DNA of 64,000 bases. Source: Malacoraja senta. Its lineage: Eukaryota. The position numbers and the translations under genes are program-made. Of this stretch, positions 41,060-51,955 are shown piece after piece (the stretch's first letter is position 1; each line of letters begins with the position of its first letter). Location: positions 25,110,001-25,174,000 of the forward strand of contig CM075989.1 of the NCBI GenBank assembly GCA_038087875.1, read 5' to 3'. The notes under the pieces were generated by a model. The model was not told where the DNA came from. It ran no database searches and saw only the letters and a program-made list of their open reading frames with translations.

Positions 41060-42640
41060 CAACCCAAGGATATGAACTTTGAATTCTACAATGTTAGGTA
41101 ACTAAACATCCACTCCCTCCAACCCTCTATCTTTTTCTCCCCCCCTCTCTCCCCAGTGGCCACACTGGATGTGCACCCATTTCTCCCACTATCACGCCTT
41201 ACTCCTCCCCTTCCCCATCCCGTTCCGCCAACATTCCTTCCTCTTCGCTCCATATCCCACAGCCTTGTGTCGCCTTTTCATCTTTGGCCCTTGACCAACC
41301 ATCTAATACCACCCCCTTGCCCACCTGTATCCACCTATCACTTGCAAAGCTTTGTCCCATCCTCGCCTCTTTTCGAGCTTTGCCCTCCAATCAGTCCGCA
41401 GAAAAATCCTGACCTGAAATGTCACATAGATACATAGATACATAGAAAATAGGTGCAGGAGTAGGCCATTCGGCCCTCCGAGCCTGCACCGCCATTCAAT
41501 ATGATCATGAATGATCATCCAACTCAGTATCCCGTACCTGCCTTGTCTCCATACCCCCTGATCCCTTTAGCCACAAGGGCCACATCTAACTCGCTCTTAA
41601 ATATAGCCAATGAACTGGCCTCAACTACCCTCTGTGGCAGAGAGTTCCAGAGATTCACCACTCTCTGTGTGAAAAAGTTTTTTCTCATCTCGGTCTTAAA
41701 GGATTTCCCCCTTATCCTTAAGCTGTGACCCCTTGTCCTGGACTTCCCCAACATCGGGAACAATCTTCCTGCTTCTAGCCTGTCCAACCCCATAAGAATT
41801 TTGTAAGTTTCTATAAGATCCCCTCTCAATCTCCTAAATTCTAGCGAGAATAAGCCGAGTCTATCCAGTCTTTCTTCATATGAAAGTCCTGACATCCCAG
41901 GAATCAGTCTGGTGAACCTTCTCTGCACTCCCTCTATGGCTATAATGTCCTTCCTCAGATTTGAAGACCAAAACTGTACGCAATACTCCAGGTGTGGTCT
42001 CACCAAGACCCTGTACAACTGCAGTAGAACCTCCCTGCTCCTATACTCAAATCCTTTTGCTATGAAAGGTAACATACCATTCGCTTTCTTCACTGCCTGC
42101 TGCACCTGCATGCCTACTTTCAATGACTGGTGTACCATGACACCCAGGTCTCGCTGCATCTCCCCTTTTCCTAATCGGCCACCATTTAGATAATAGTCTG
42201 CTTTCCTGTTTTTTGCCACCAAAGTGGATAACCTCACATTTATCCACATTATACTGCATCTGCCAAACATTTGCCCACTCACCCAGCCTATCCAAGTCAC
42301 CTTGCAGTCCCCTAGCATCCTCCTCACAGCTAACACTGCCCCCCAGCTTAGTGTCATCCGCAAACTTGGAGATGTTGCCTTCAATTCCCTCATCCAAATC
42401 ATTAATATAAATTGTAAATAGCTGGGGTCCCAGCACTGAGCCTTGCGGTACCCCACTAGTCACTGCCTGCCATTGTGAAAAGGACCCGTTCACTCCTACT
42501 CTTTGCTTCCTGTTTGCCAGCCAGTTCTCTATCCACATCAATACTGTCACCTATCCATGTTCTCCACAGATGCTGCCTGACCCGCTGAGTTAGTCCAACA
42601 GTTTGTATTTTGCTCAGGATTCCGGCATCTGCAGTATCTT
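41060..42640 (+). mobile_element. Penelope-like 3' fragment (41060-41425 and 42545-42640) split by a CR1 LINE
   Basis: End of an endonuclease-like ORF (ccaaggatatgaactttgaattc), pyrimidine-rich spacer, decayed core cctgacctgaaatgtcac; resumes at tgtcacctatccatgttctcc. Confidence 0.7.
41426..42546 (-). mobile_element. Young CR1-clade LINE 3' fragment, same family as 36829-39063
   Basis: Nearly identical RT C-terminal translation; (TATCTATG)n tail; TGTCAC duplicated at both ends. Confidence 0.93.
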
Positions 42641-42699
42641 GGAGGTATGTTGAACAATAAACATTGGGGTAAATGTAGCAGAGATGAACAACATGAAGT

Positions 42700-43196
42700 G
42701 AGAGAAAAATAGAAATGATAAGAATGTATTTGGTCATCATAGAAAACAGAATTTGGAGAAATGCCATATGGATTTATTACAGACAGGGAAGATTGCATCA
42801 AACATGAATATATTACGTGTGGTGAGATTGCAAGCAATGGTGCCATGAAACCTTACAAAATAATTCCACATCTGGAGACCAAGCACAAAACATCAAAGGA
42901 GAGGCAGTGGAATGTTTGCAACGAAGTGAGATGAAGTGATGTTTTAACAAAAACTACTCAGTAATACAATAAGGACAAACAAAGAAATGTTAAAAGCGTC
43001 GCATCTCCTGGCTTTTCACATTGCCGGATGCAAAGCACCATTTACAAATAGGGACTACTTAATAATGCCTTCAGTAATAAATACCTGTCATTTAGTCCGG
43101 GGTAATATACCTGCCAAAAAACTAACCACATTCCTTTATCAAATGATACGGTCTCACATAGAATTACTGATGTTGCAGAAGATATTGAATTCCAGT
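42700..43196 (+). pseudogene. Decayed hAT (Charlie/Buster, ZBED5/SCAND3-like) transposase fragment
   Basis: Frameshifted pieces YGF...ITCGEIASNGAMKPYKIIPHLETKH, TNKEMLKASHLLAFHIAGCKAPFT and IPLSNDTVSHRITDVAEDIE match Buster-type motifs. Confidence 0.75.
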
Positions 43197-43429
43197 GCAA
43201 CGTCAGCTCCTGGCGTGGAGGTAGGTAGCGGACTGTAACGTTGGGGTTAAGGGGTTCAGGTGGCTAACCTGTGACAGGGCTTTCCTGAAGCTTTAGTCTG
43301 CTGTGAACAAAATGCACTGCTGCTGAGATTTTGTGGGTTCTGCATGGGTGTGTGAGCAGCAGCTGAGCCTAATGCACTTGTGAAGGGCTGCAGAAAGGTG
43401 TCTAAAGATGTCTAAAGACCTTCAATGTC

Positions 43430-43605
43430 TGGAGAACATGGATGGGTGCCGTTTCATGGAGTGCTGGAGTAACTCAGCGGGTCAGGCAGCATCTGTGGAG
43501 AACATGGATAGGTGACGTTTCACGGAGTGCTGGAGTAACTCAGCGGGTCAGGCAGCATCTCTGGAGAACATGGATAGGTGACGTTTCGGGTTGGGACCCT
43601 TCTTC
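43430..43605 (-). repeat. Tandem 66-bp pLTR units with partial hammerhead head
   Basis: Two full units plus gacgtttcgggttgggacccttcttc. Confidence 0.75.
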
Positions 43606-44394
43606 TTTGCTGCTGTGTGTCATTGCATTGGTTCTGTCCTTCATAGTTTTGCCAGAGAATAAGGCTGGGTGATGTTTCGTGTCACTCTTCTCTGCCTGTT
43701 GATTCTTCTAAATAAATGTTGTGCCGACATTAACATTGAGATATAAATAGCACTGGAGATCTGGAGTTTTCCAACTCTCTCCTGCCCATTAAAGCAAAAA
43801 ATTCATGTTGGAATGTTGCGGTTTTGAGGACTTTGTTTAAACTCCTCTAAAGGGGTTCCTGTATCCACAGTCACGTTTTAAAATATTGCTGATTTATTTT
43901 CCAGTTGGCCTGGGATTTTCCAGAAGGTTACTCCATTGTGACTCCAATCGAGACCAGGTTTTCCAGGATGTGAGTTCACATCCCAGAGTAATTTCTGGGT
44001 ATATCTAAAACACTTTTTCACTCAATCCTTGACTGTGGTGAGAGCCCTCAGCTCGCAAGTTTCAGAGATCATGAATTTACTGTAATTACAGAGGTTTACT
44101 TTCTGTGCAAACATTTGTACTTGTTACAGAACCTGCAGGCTATTTACAATACAGAAGTGTCCTGACAATAGTAATCAGAAATTATCAATAGTTTTTATTA
44201 ATCTGATGGCAATATTCTACCTGAGTTGAGGTTGCATTGGGGAGCAGTACAATCGGGACCGTTGCATCACGGGCTCAAGCAGCAATTCTGGAGCAAACTG
44301 ATGTCGGAGGGCAGCTGGGATTAGGGTCACATCCCAGACAAAGGGACATGATGTGGTTGTTGGACATTAATCATCACAGCCCCATCGCTGTGGA

Positions 44395-44941
44395 ACCACC
44401 ATAGTTGTAGAATAAGGGGGGGCTCTTTTAAAACTGAGATGAGGAAGAACTTCTTCACCCAGAGGGTGGTTAATTTATGGAATTCACTGCCCCAGGGAGC
44501 AGTGGAAGCAGAAACATTAAATATATTTAAGTCTAAAATAGATGGTTTTTTAGCTGCCAAGGGGATAAGGGGCTACGGGGAGAGGGCAGGGATATGGACC
44601 TAGGTATGGTTAGTATAGTAAGACCTAAGTGATCTCCTGGACAAGTGTCGATCGCCTGGATTGGGGTCGGAGAGGAATTTCCCGGATTTTTTTCCCGAAT
44701 TGGACCTGGGTTTTTATCCGTTTTTTTGCCTCCCCCAGGAGATCACGCGGTTCTTGGGGTGGAGAGGGGTGATAGCGGTATAAAGGGGAGGGTAGTGTCT
44801 TGTGTTCTGTGTCTTGTGTCTACTGTTTGTGGGTAAGGGTGTCTGTTTAGTGTTCAGCCATGAGCGAATGGCGGTGCGGGCTCGATGGGCCTGGTGGTCT
44901 ACTCTCGCACCTACTTTCTATGTTTCTATGTTTCTATGTTT
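44395..44941 (+). mobile_element. CR1-clade LINE 3' end of a different family with a long 3' UTR
   Basis: FKTEMRKNFFTQRVVNLWNSLP-type end and (TTTCTATG)n tail. Confidence 0.78.
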
Positions 44942-46439
44942 CCACTTGCTCAGGGGCGTTACTGATGGGCAATATAAATGCCCACATCCCAAAACATGAA
45001 TAACTAAAATAAATTGTGCCTAAACCTAGTAATGGTTTGGAAATGTGTCTTTTTTCCTGAGTTTTGCTTCAAACCCATTCACAATAGGTTTAGTGGACAG
45101 CGAAGAAGGATGTCCAAGGTTGCAACAGGATCTGGATCAACTGGGAAAGTGGGCAAGAGAATAACGGATGGAATTTAACTCAATGGCAAAGTGTTGCATT
45201 TTGGAAAGTTAAATCAGACATGGACCTACACGTTGAATGACAGGTTCCACGGCAAACCACTTGTTTCCCTCCATTATCACCACCTATCATGTTCTCCAGA
45301 AATGCTGCCTGACCCGCTGAGTTACTCCAGCACTCTGTAAAACGTCACCTATCCCTGTTCTCCACAAATGCTGCCTAACCCGCTGAGTTACTCCGGCAGT
45401 TTGTGTTTTGTATTCAGCGGGTCCGGATTCCAGCATCTGCAGTATCTTGGAGGTACGTTGAACAATAAACGTTGGGGTAAATGTAGCAGAGATAAACAAT
45501 ATGAAGAGAGAGAAAAATAGAAATGATAAGAATATCTAGACAGCATCTGCAGTTCCTTGTTATTACATTGATATTAAGCCAACTAGTCTTTTGTTGTTGA
45601 TTGGCTTTGGCTTTCAAACATTGGCAGGATTAGATGTATGATTGTTTCTGCTAACAAGATTGATAAATAAAGATTATTTACTGTAAATGTGATTCAGCGG
45701 AAGAATGAATAAATATGAAGTTTACATGAATAAATACTGGACTTGCATTTGAGCAAATTCAGCAGAATGAGACTGTTGAACACTGGGCGGTGGCCACAGT
45801 ATTCGTGACTCCTGCTCTCCTCACTGCCATCTTTCATTTGTCATTGCAATTCATGACATGTTACGGATGTACAAGATGCTGGTGAGGCTGCACTTGGAGT
45901 TTCGGTCACCCTGCTGCAGGAAGGATGTCGTTAAGCTTGGAAGAGTGCAGAGAAGATTTATGACAATGTTGCCACGACTTGAGCCTGAACTATAGGGAGA
46001 GGTCTCTATTCCTTGGAGGACAGGAAGTGTCTTTTATCCAGAGTTGGGGAATCATGAACCAGGGAGCATAGATTTAAGGGGGAAAATGCAAGGATCTTCA
46101 CACAGAGGGTCGTATGTATATGGAACGAGCTGCCAAGGAGGTAGTTGAGGCAGGTACACTTGGACAGGTACATGGATAGGAAAGGCTTAGTGGGATATGG
46201 GCTAACGCAGGCAAATGGGAATAGCTTAGATGGGGACTATTGGCCAGCATGGATGAGATGGGCCAAAGGGCCAAAGTTTCCATGTTCTGTGACTGTGACA
46301 TATTCAACCAATTTTGGCATTGCAGGAGTTTCCAGGACTATTGTTATCTGTCCAACCTATATTGCTAATAACTTTGTAGCAAACGTCAATGTAACCTGTG
46401 GTTTCTCTTGTCAACTCCATACCCAATTCCTGTTTTGCT

Positions 46440-46921
46440 CCCCCCCCGCCCCCGTGGTCCCAGCATGCTCCTCCCCCGTGGTCCCAGCATGGAGCTCCCC
46501 CACTCCGTGCTCAGCATGCTCCCCCACCCCCGTGGTCCCAGCATGGAGCCCCCCTCCCCTGTGGTCCCAGCATGGAGCTCCCCCACCCCCTGTGGTCCCA
46601 GCATGGAGCCCTCCCCCTGTGGTCCCAGCATGGAGCCCTCCCCTTGTGGTCCCAGCATAGAGCCTTCCCCCTGTGGTTCCAGCATGGAGCCCTCCCCTGA
46701 GGTCCCAGCATGGAGCCCTCCCCCTGTGGTCCCAGCATGGAGCCCCCCCCCCGTGGTTCCAGCACGGAGCTCCTCCCCTGTGGTCCCAGCATGGAGCCCC
46801 CCCCTGTGGTCCCAGCATGAAGCCCTCCCCCTGTGGTCCCAGCATGGAGCCCCCCCACCCCGTGGTTCCAGCACGGAGCCCTCCCCCCGTGGTCCCAGCA
46901 TGGAGCCCCCACCCCCGTGGT
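46440..46921. repeat. ~27-30-bp minisatellite (GTGGTCCCAGCATGGAGCCCTCCCCCT)
   Basis: About 17 tandem units. Confidence 0.93.
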
Positions 46922-48335
46922 CTCCACATTGAATAGACAATGTACGTGTGCGCAGTAACACTACTGTTTCCAAATTATGTAACACCCAACTTAGGCAAGG
47001 GTCCGCAGGATGTAATACTCACGTAAGTCGGGGAGCAGCTGCTGCGGAAGATAAAAAAGAACAAATGAGTGTAAATAGTATTAAAATACTGTCAGATGTC
47101 ATTGACTGTTTGACAGAGGAATGCCTTAAACAAGACCCAGGAGAGGGCATCAGATGCCTCCCAAACACACTGCATTGTCTAGGATGGTGAATGGAGGTGA
47201 GAGTGAATTATCCCCCATGGAGGGTGTGATCATGGAACGAGATGCCAGAGGAGATGGTGGGAGCAGATACAATGACACCTTTGAAGAGGCACTTGGATAG
47301 GAACGGAGAGAGATATGGGATTAGCGTAGATAGGCATCACAGTCGGCGTGGATGAATTGAGCTGAAGGACCTGTTTCTATGATCCTTTAATAGACCAAAC
47401 CTGAAGGACTGTGTTGACATGAGTCGCTGGAAGACACTGACAGAGGTTGTGCTTTACTTTATGTGTTGAATTTCCCTTTCACTAACATATACCTGTGTAA
47501 TTGTAAGGCATTGTAACTAACTGTTCTCTGTACCTACTGCAACAGTAATATGTGAAGCAATTGGTGGAATCAATTGCTTAACTGGGAGGAGAAATATCAG
47601 TGATCTCTTTGTAAGTTATTTTAATAAAGCCCTTTGTTATCTTTAACTTACTGTGCGTGTAATTTGCATCAGTACGTCAGGCAGTGAATCTGCACTGACC
47701 TGAGAGAGTATAGACATGATGGTGTCCCCATCAAGACCAAAGCCCATGCAGTAAAACTGGACGTAACACAGGGAGGAAACAGAGAGAGGTGGTCCATGTG
47801 TCTGGGGAAAGTGTACAGTTAGTTCCCCAGAGGCAAGTAATATATATCTTAATGGTTTGACTTTGGGTATCTAGACTATTATTATGTAACTTGTAGATGT
47901 GTCAAAGCTGGGAAGTATCCTGAAAGGTGAGTAGCATAATGATAGATTTAAAGAGATATCGGCGAGCTGGGAAAGTGAGCAAGGTGCCTGATGAAACCTA
48001 ATGCAGACAAAGGTTAAGTGGAACCTTTTGGTGGGAAGAATCGGGGGGAAGGAAAATAAAGTTCAGGACGCAATTCTACAACAGTCCAAGAACAGAGAGA
48101 TCTGGGGATATGCACATGTGAATTATTGAAAGTGATAGGGCAGGTCGAGCAATTGGTTAGACATAGAAACATAGATAATAGGTGCAGGAGTAGGCCATTC
48201 TGCCCTTCAAGTCAGCACCGCCATTCAATATGATCATGGCTGATCATCCAAAATCAGTACCCTGCTCCGGCTTTCTCCCCATATCCCTTAATTCCCTTAG
48301 CCCTAAGAGCTAAATCTAACTCCCTCTTACAAAAT

Positions 48336-48631
48336 TGGGGTTGCACAATAGTAGAGTTGCTGCCTCACAGCACCGGAGACCCACCGGAGTTATTCTGACT
48401 ACGGGTGTTGTCTGTACGGAGTTTGTACGTTCTCCCTGTGACCTGCGTGGGTTTTCTCCTGGTGCTCCTGTTTCCTCCCACACTCCAAAGACATACAGGT
48501 TTGTAGGTTAATTGGCTTTGGTAAAATCGTCCTTAGTGTGTGTAGGATAGTTTTAGAGTGCGGGGTGATTGCTGGTCGGCATGGACTCGGTGGGCCGCAG
48601 AGCCTGTTTCCGTACTGTATGTATAAAGTCT
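48336..48631 (+). mobile_element. HE1-like V-SINE (tRNA head, V-domain, LINE-derived tail)
   Basis: gtagagttgctgcctcacagc head, gtgggttttctcctggtgctcctgtttcctcccaca V-domain, gcctgtttccgtactgtat tail. Confidence 0.8.
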
Positions 48632-49359
48632 AATGGAATCTGTGCTTCATAAATTGAGACACAGTGCAACAGCTACAAGTCATGGTGAGTGTTTATAAAA
48701 TGCTGGTTCAGCCACAGTTGAGATATTGTGTCCTGTCCAACCACACAGTCGGGAAGATGAGGGTGCAGAGGAGATCGACGGGAATGGGCAACTAATGGAT
48801 GGACCAGAAAGGCAAAGGTTGTTCTCCTCTGAATAGAAGCTGAGTGAGGATTTAATAGGCAAATTGAAAACTATAAAAGGTTTAGATTATAACAGGGAGA
48901 CATTTCTCCCATTGGCCATTTGGTTTGACATGAAAGCAAGAAGGCAGCAGCAGCAGAATCAAAGGAGATACAAGGAAACAGATTTGTAAACAGTGATTCC
49001 TCAGCGTTTGAAATGCACGGCCAGAGAGACTGGTGCAGATAGATGTAGTTTAGTTTAGTTTAGAGATACAGTGTGAAAACAGGCCCTTCGGCCCACCGAG
49101 CCCGAGCTGACCAGTGATCATCAATTCACAAGCACTATCCTACACCCTAGGGACAATTTACAGAAGTCAATTAACCTACAAACCCACACCTCTTTGGAAT
49201 TGTGTAGGACTGAGCCAGAAAGTCTAGTTCTGCTGTGACTTCAGTACATTTACATGGGAGACGTCAGGTCATCACTGGCATCAATGTTCCTTATTCACAG
49301 GGACCAAGAGTAACCAGTCGCTACCTGGTGTCTTCAACTGAATAAGGCTTGCAATATTC

Positions 49360-49750
49360 TGTAGAAACAAAGAACTGCAGATGCTAGTTAATACACAGAA
49401 GGACACAAAGTGCTGGAGTAACTCAGTGGGTCAGCCAGCATCTCTGCAAACATGTTAGAGAGCAGGAGGAATCACAGAGGGGGAGCAGTGATAGAGAGTC
49501 TCACAGAACTGCCCTCAGAGAGAGGAGAGTCTGAAGACGAGTCTCGACCTGAAACGTTACCTATCCATGTTCTCCACAGATGCTGCCTGACCTGCTGAGT
49601 TACTCCAGCACTCTGTGAAACGTCACCTATCCATGTTCTCCAGAGATGCTGCCTGACCCACTGAGATCCTCCAGCACTCTGTGAAACGTCACCTATCCAT
49701 GTTCTCCACAGATGCTGCCTGACCCGCTGAGTTACTCCAGCACTCTGTGT
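49360..49750. mobile_element. Inverted pLTR tail (49360-49450) plus hammerhead head and three 66-bp units (49529-49750)
   Basis: CTGAAGA at 49531; GAAACG at 49551, 49617 and 49683 (66-bp period). Confidence 0.8.
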
Positions 49751-51087
49751 AATCATTGGACTATTCTGTTATTCACTGTAGGTGTGGACAGGGGAGGTGA
49801 GTTGTTAGACTAAGTTCAGCCAAGCGATTGATGCTTGAGATTCAGATTGGAAGCTGACCTCAACAGGCTGCATTCTGATTTAGATATGCTTTGCTCCTTT
49901 TAGAAATGCTAAGAAATATCCTGGAACTATGCTGTGGTTGATTCACTAAATGCAAGCATGGAAACAAATATCTGTAGACCGAATGGTTCTGGGAAATGTG
50001 TGAAACCTGTCTTTTCATTTTATTGTTGCAATGAAAACACATTGTCTGAATATGTCATTATCTCCCAGCTCCAAATTATTTAGTGAAAACCTGTTTTGTG
50101 AAAGGCAATATAGCCGAGAAAGTTCCCCGGCTCATTTTCTCATTATCTGCTGATGGATTCCAAATCTAATCTCTTTTCTTCCCAGCTCCCTCCTAAAGCA
50201 TTGCTTATTTGCTCTGATCTCTGAATGCAGAATGAGCTCAGGCCAGATCATGATAGATCAACCTCTCTGCCACGGCACAAGTGCCTGAAATGGTGAAAAT
50301 TACACCGGATAAAATATCCTGAAAGCCGCAGCTGTCAGGTTTCTGCACCTTTGACGGCGAACGATGAAGAACAGAGATAAGTGGACGGGGCTAATTGAAA
50401 AGTTATGCATTTAGCTGGCTTCGACTAATCTGACAGGATTTGTTCTCTTGCCTCTGCTCAGCATCAATTTATTCTTAAATAGGTTGGAATTGGAGAAGAA
50501 TATTTTGTTGGTGATTTAGACAAACATATGTGAATGGCAGAACCTGAACCAGTCAGCATCAACAAAAGTACCATTGGAATCAGCGCTGATCAGAATGCAT
50601 TCAGACTTGGTGATGAAAGGGAGAAGCAACAAACCACATTTGCTGGAAATTTGAAATGAAACAAAATTAAGATCAAGCATCATGTGTGGAAAAGGGAACA
50701 GTTTGTGTTTCAGGTTGAAGAACTCGTCCGAATGACGTTGCTTTTCATGTCTTTATGATGAAACAGGCAAATTCTCTGCACCCCGATAATCCTCTATCCA
50801 ATCCCGGCCCCAGCCCTTCACAGGGAACCCAGAGTTTGTGTCCAACTTGGACATAAGTCACTTGCTCCCCTCGAGTCGGGCTGGTGTAATGGTTGGGGAT
50901 TATCTTTCACTTCTGCTGTCAGTGTGCAGCAGTCCATACTCACTGTTGATCTCAACAGAAAATACCTGACAGAATCCTAGTCTGCTCATCAGCACCAATT
51001 CCTCCCTCAGGAACATGTAGAGAAACACAGAGAGAAGTTGTGAGATGCACATTGGCCGAACAACACTGAATTGTTGTAGACGAAATG

Positions 51088-51580
51088 TGTAGAAGGAACT
51101 GCAGATGCCAGCTTACACAGAAGATAGACACAGAGTGCTGGAGTAACGGAGTGTTTGAGGGGGATTAGGGGGTTGAGGAGGAGTGAGGGGGGATTGGAGG
51201 GGCGGGGGGGGGGGGTTGTGGGTGAGGGGGGGGGGCTGTGTTTCAGGAGGGGGCTGTGTTTGAGAGGGTGAGGATGGGTGGAGGAGGGTGTTTGAGGAGC
51301 AGCTCTGACATTTGGACAAAGGGGCAATCCTGAGTCTTTGGCACGAAGACTAGGGGTGAAATAAGGTGAGTTATTTTATTTTCACAAACTCCTCTGGAGG
51401 TCCTACATCGGTGTGGTCCTCCTGCAGGATGTAGGAGGTCAGATGAAGTCTGAAGAAGGGTCTCGACCTGAAACATCACCCATTCCATCTCTCCAGAGAT
51501 GCTGCCTGTCCCGCTGAGTTACTCCAGCATTTTGTGCTTATCTTCGGTTTAAACCAGCATCTGCAGTTCCTTCCTACACA
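51088..51580. mobile_element. Inverted pLTR tails enclosing ~300 bp; right arm (51448-51580) is a full hammerhead-plus-tail unit
   Basis: tgtagaaggaactgcagatgc...tgctggagtaac on the left is the reverse complement of gttactccagca...gcatctgcagttccttcctaca on the right. Confidence 0.7.
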
Positions 51581-51759
51581 AGAGGCACAGTGAGGTCAGT
51601 GTGGGGAATACAATGTTAGGGCAGTTTGCCGTCAATAAGAAGGATGTGTTGGAGCATTAAGGTGGATAAATCCCCAGGCCCCAATGGGATATATCCCAGG
51701 TTATTGAGAGAGGCATGAGAGGAGATTGCCATGACTTTTTAGACCACTTGCTCACCCAC

Positions 51760-51955
51760 TCCCTACACACAGGGCCAGGTCACCTACAAACCCACACGTC
51801 TTTGGGATGTGGGAGGAAATGGTGCACCCAGAGGAAACATATGTGGTCACGAGGAGAACCTGCAAACTCCACACAGACATCAGCTGAGGGTTGGATCGAG
51901 CCTGGGTCTCTGGCGCTGTGAAACAGCAGCTCCACCCGCTGCACCACCATGCTGC
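51760..51955 (-). mobile_element. HE1-like V-SINE
   Basis: Same motifs as the other copies; further partial copies at 24245-24345 and 49045-49200. Confidence 0.7.

Noticed and set aside
46145-46985. Pro-rich and Gly-rich ORFs
   Set aside because: Minisatellite translation with unit lengths that shift frame.
47430-47730. Possible solo LTR (AATAAA, hairpin AAGCAATTG-N7-CAATTGCTT)
   Set aside because: Could not define TG...CA ends or a target-site duplication.
48336-48420. tRNA gene
   Set aside because: Decayed tRNA-like head of a SINE; no cloverleaf.
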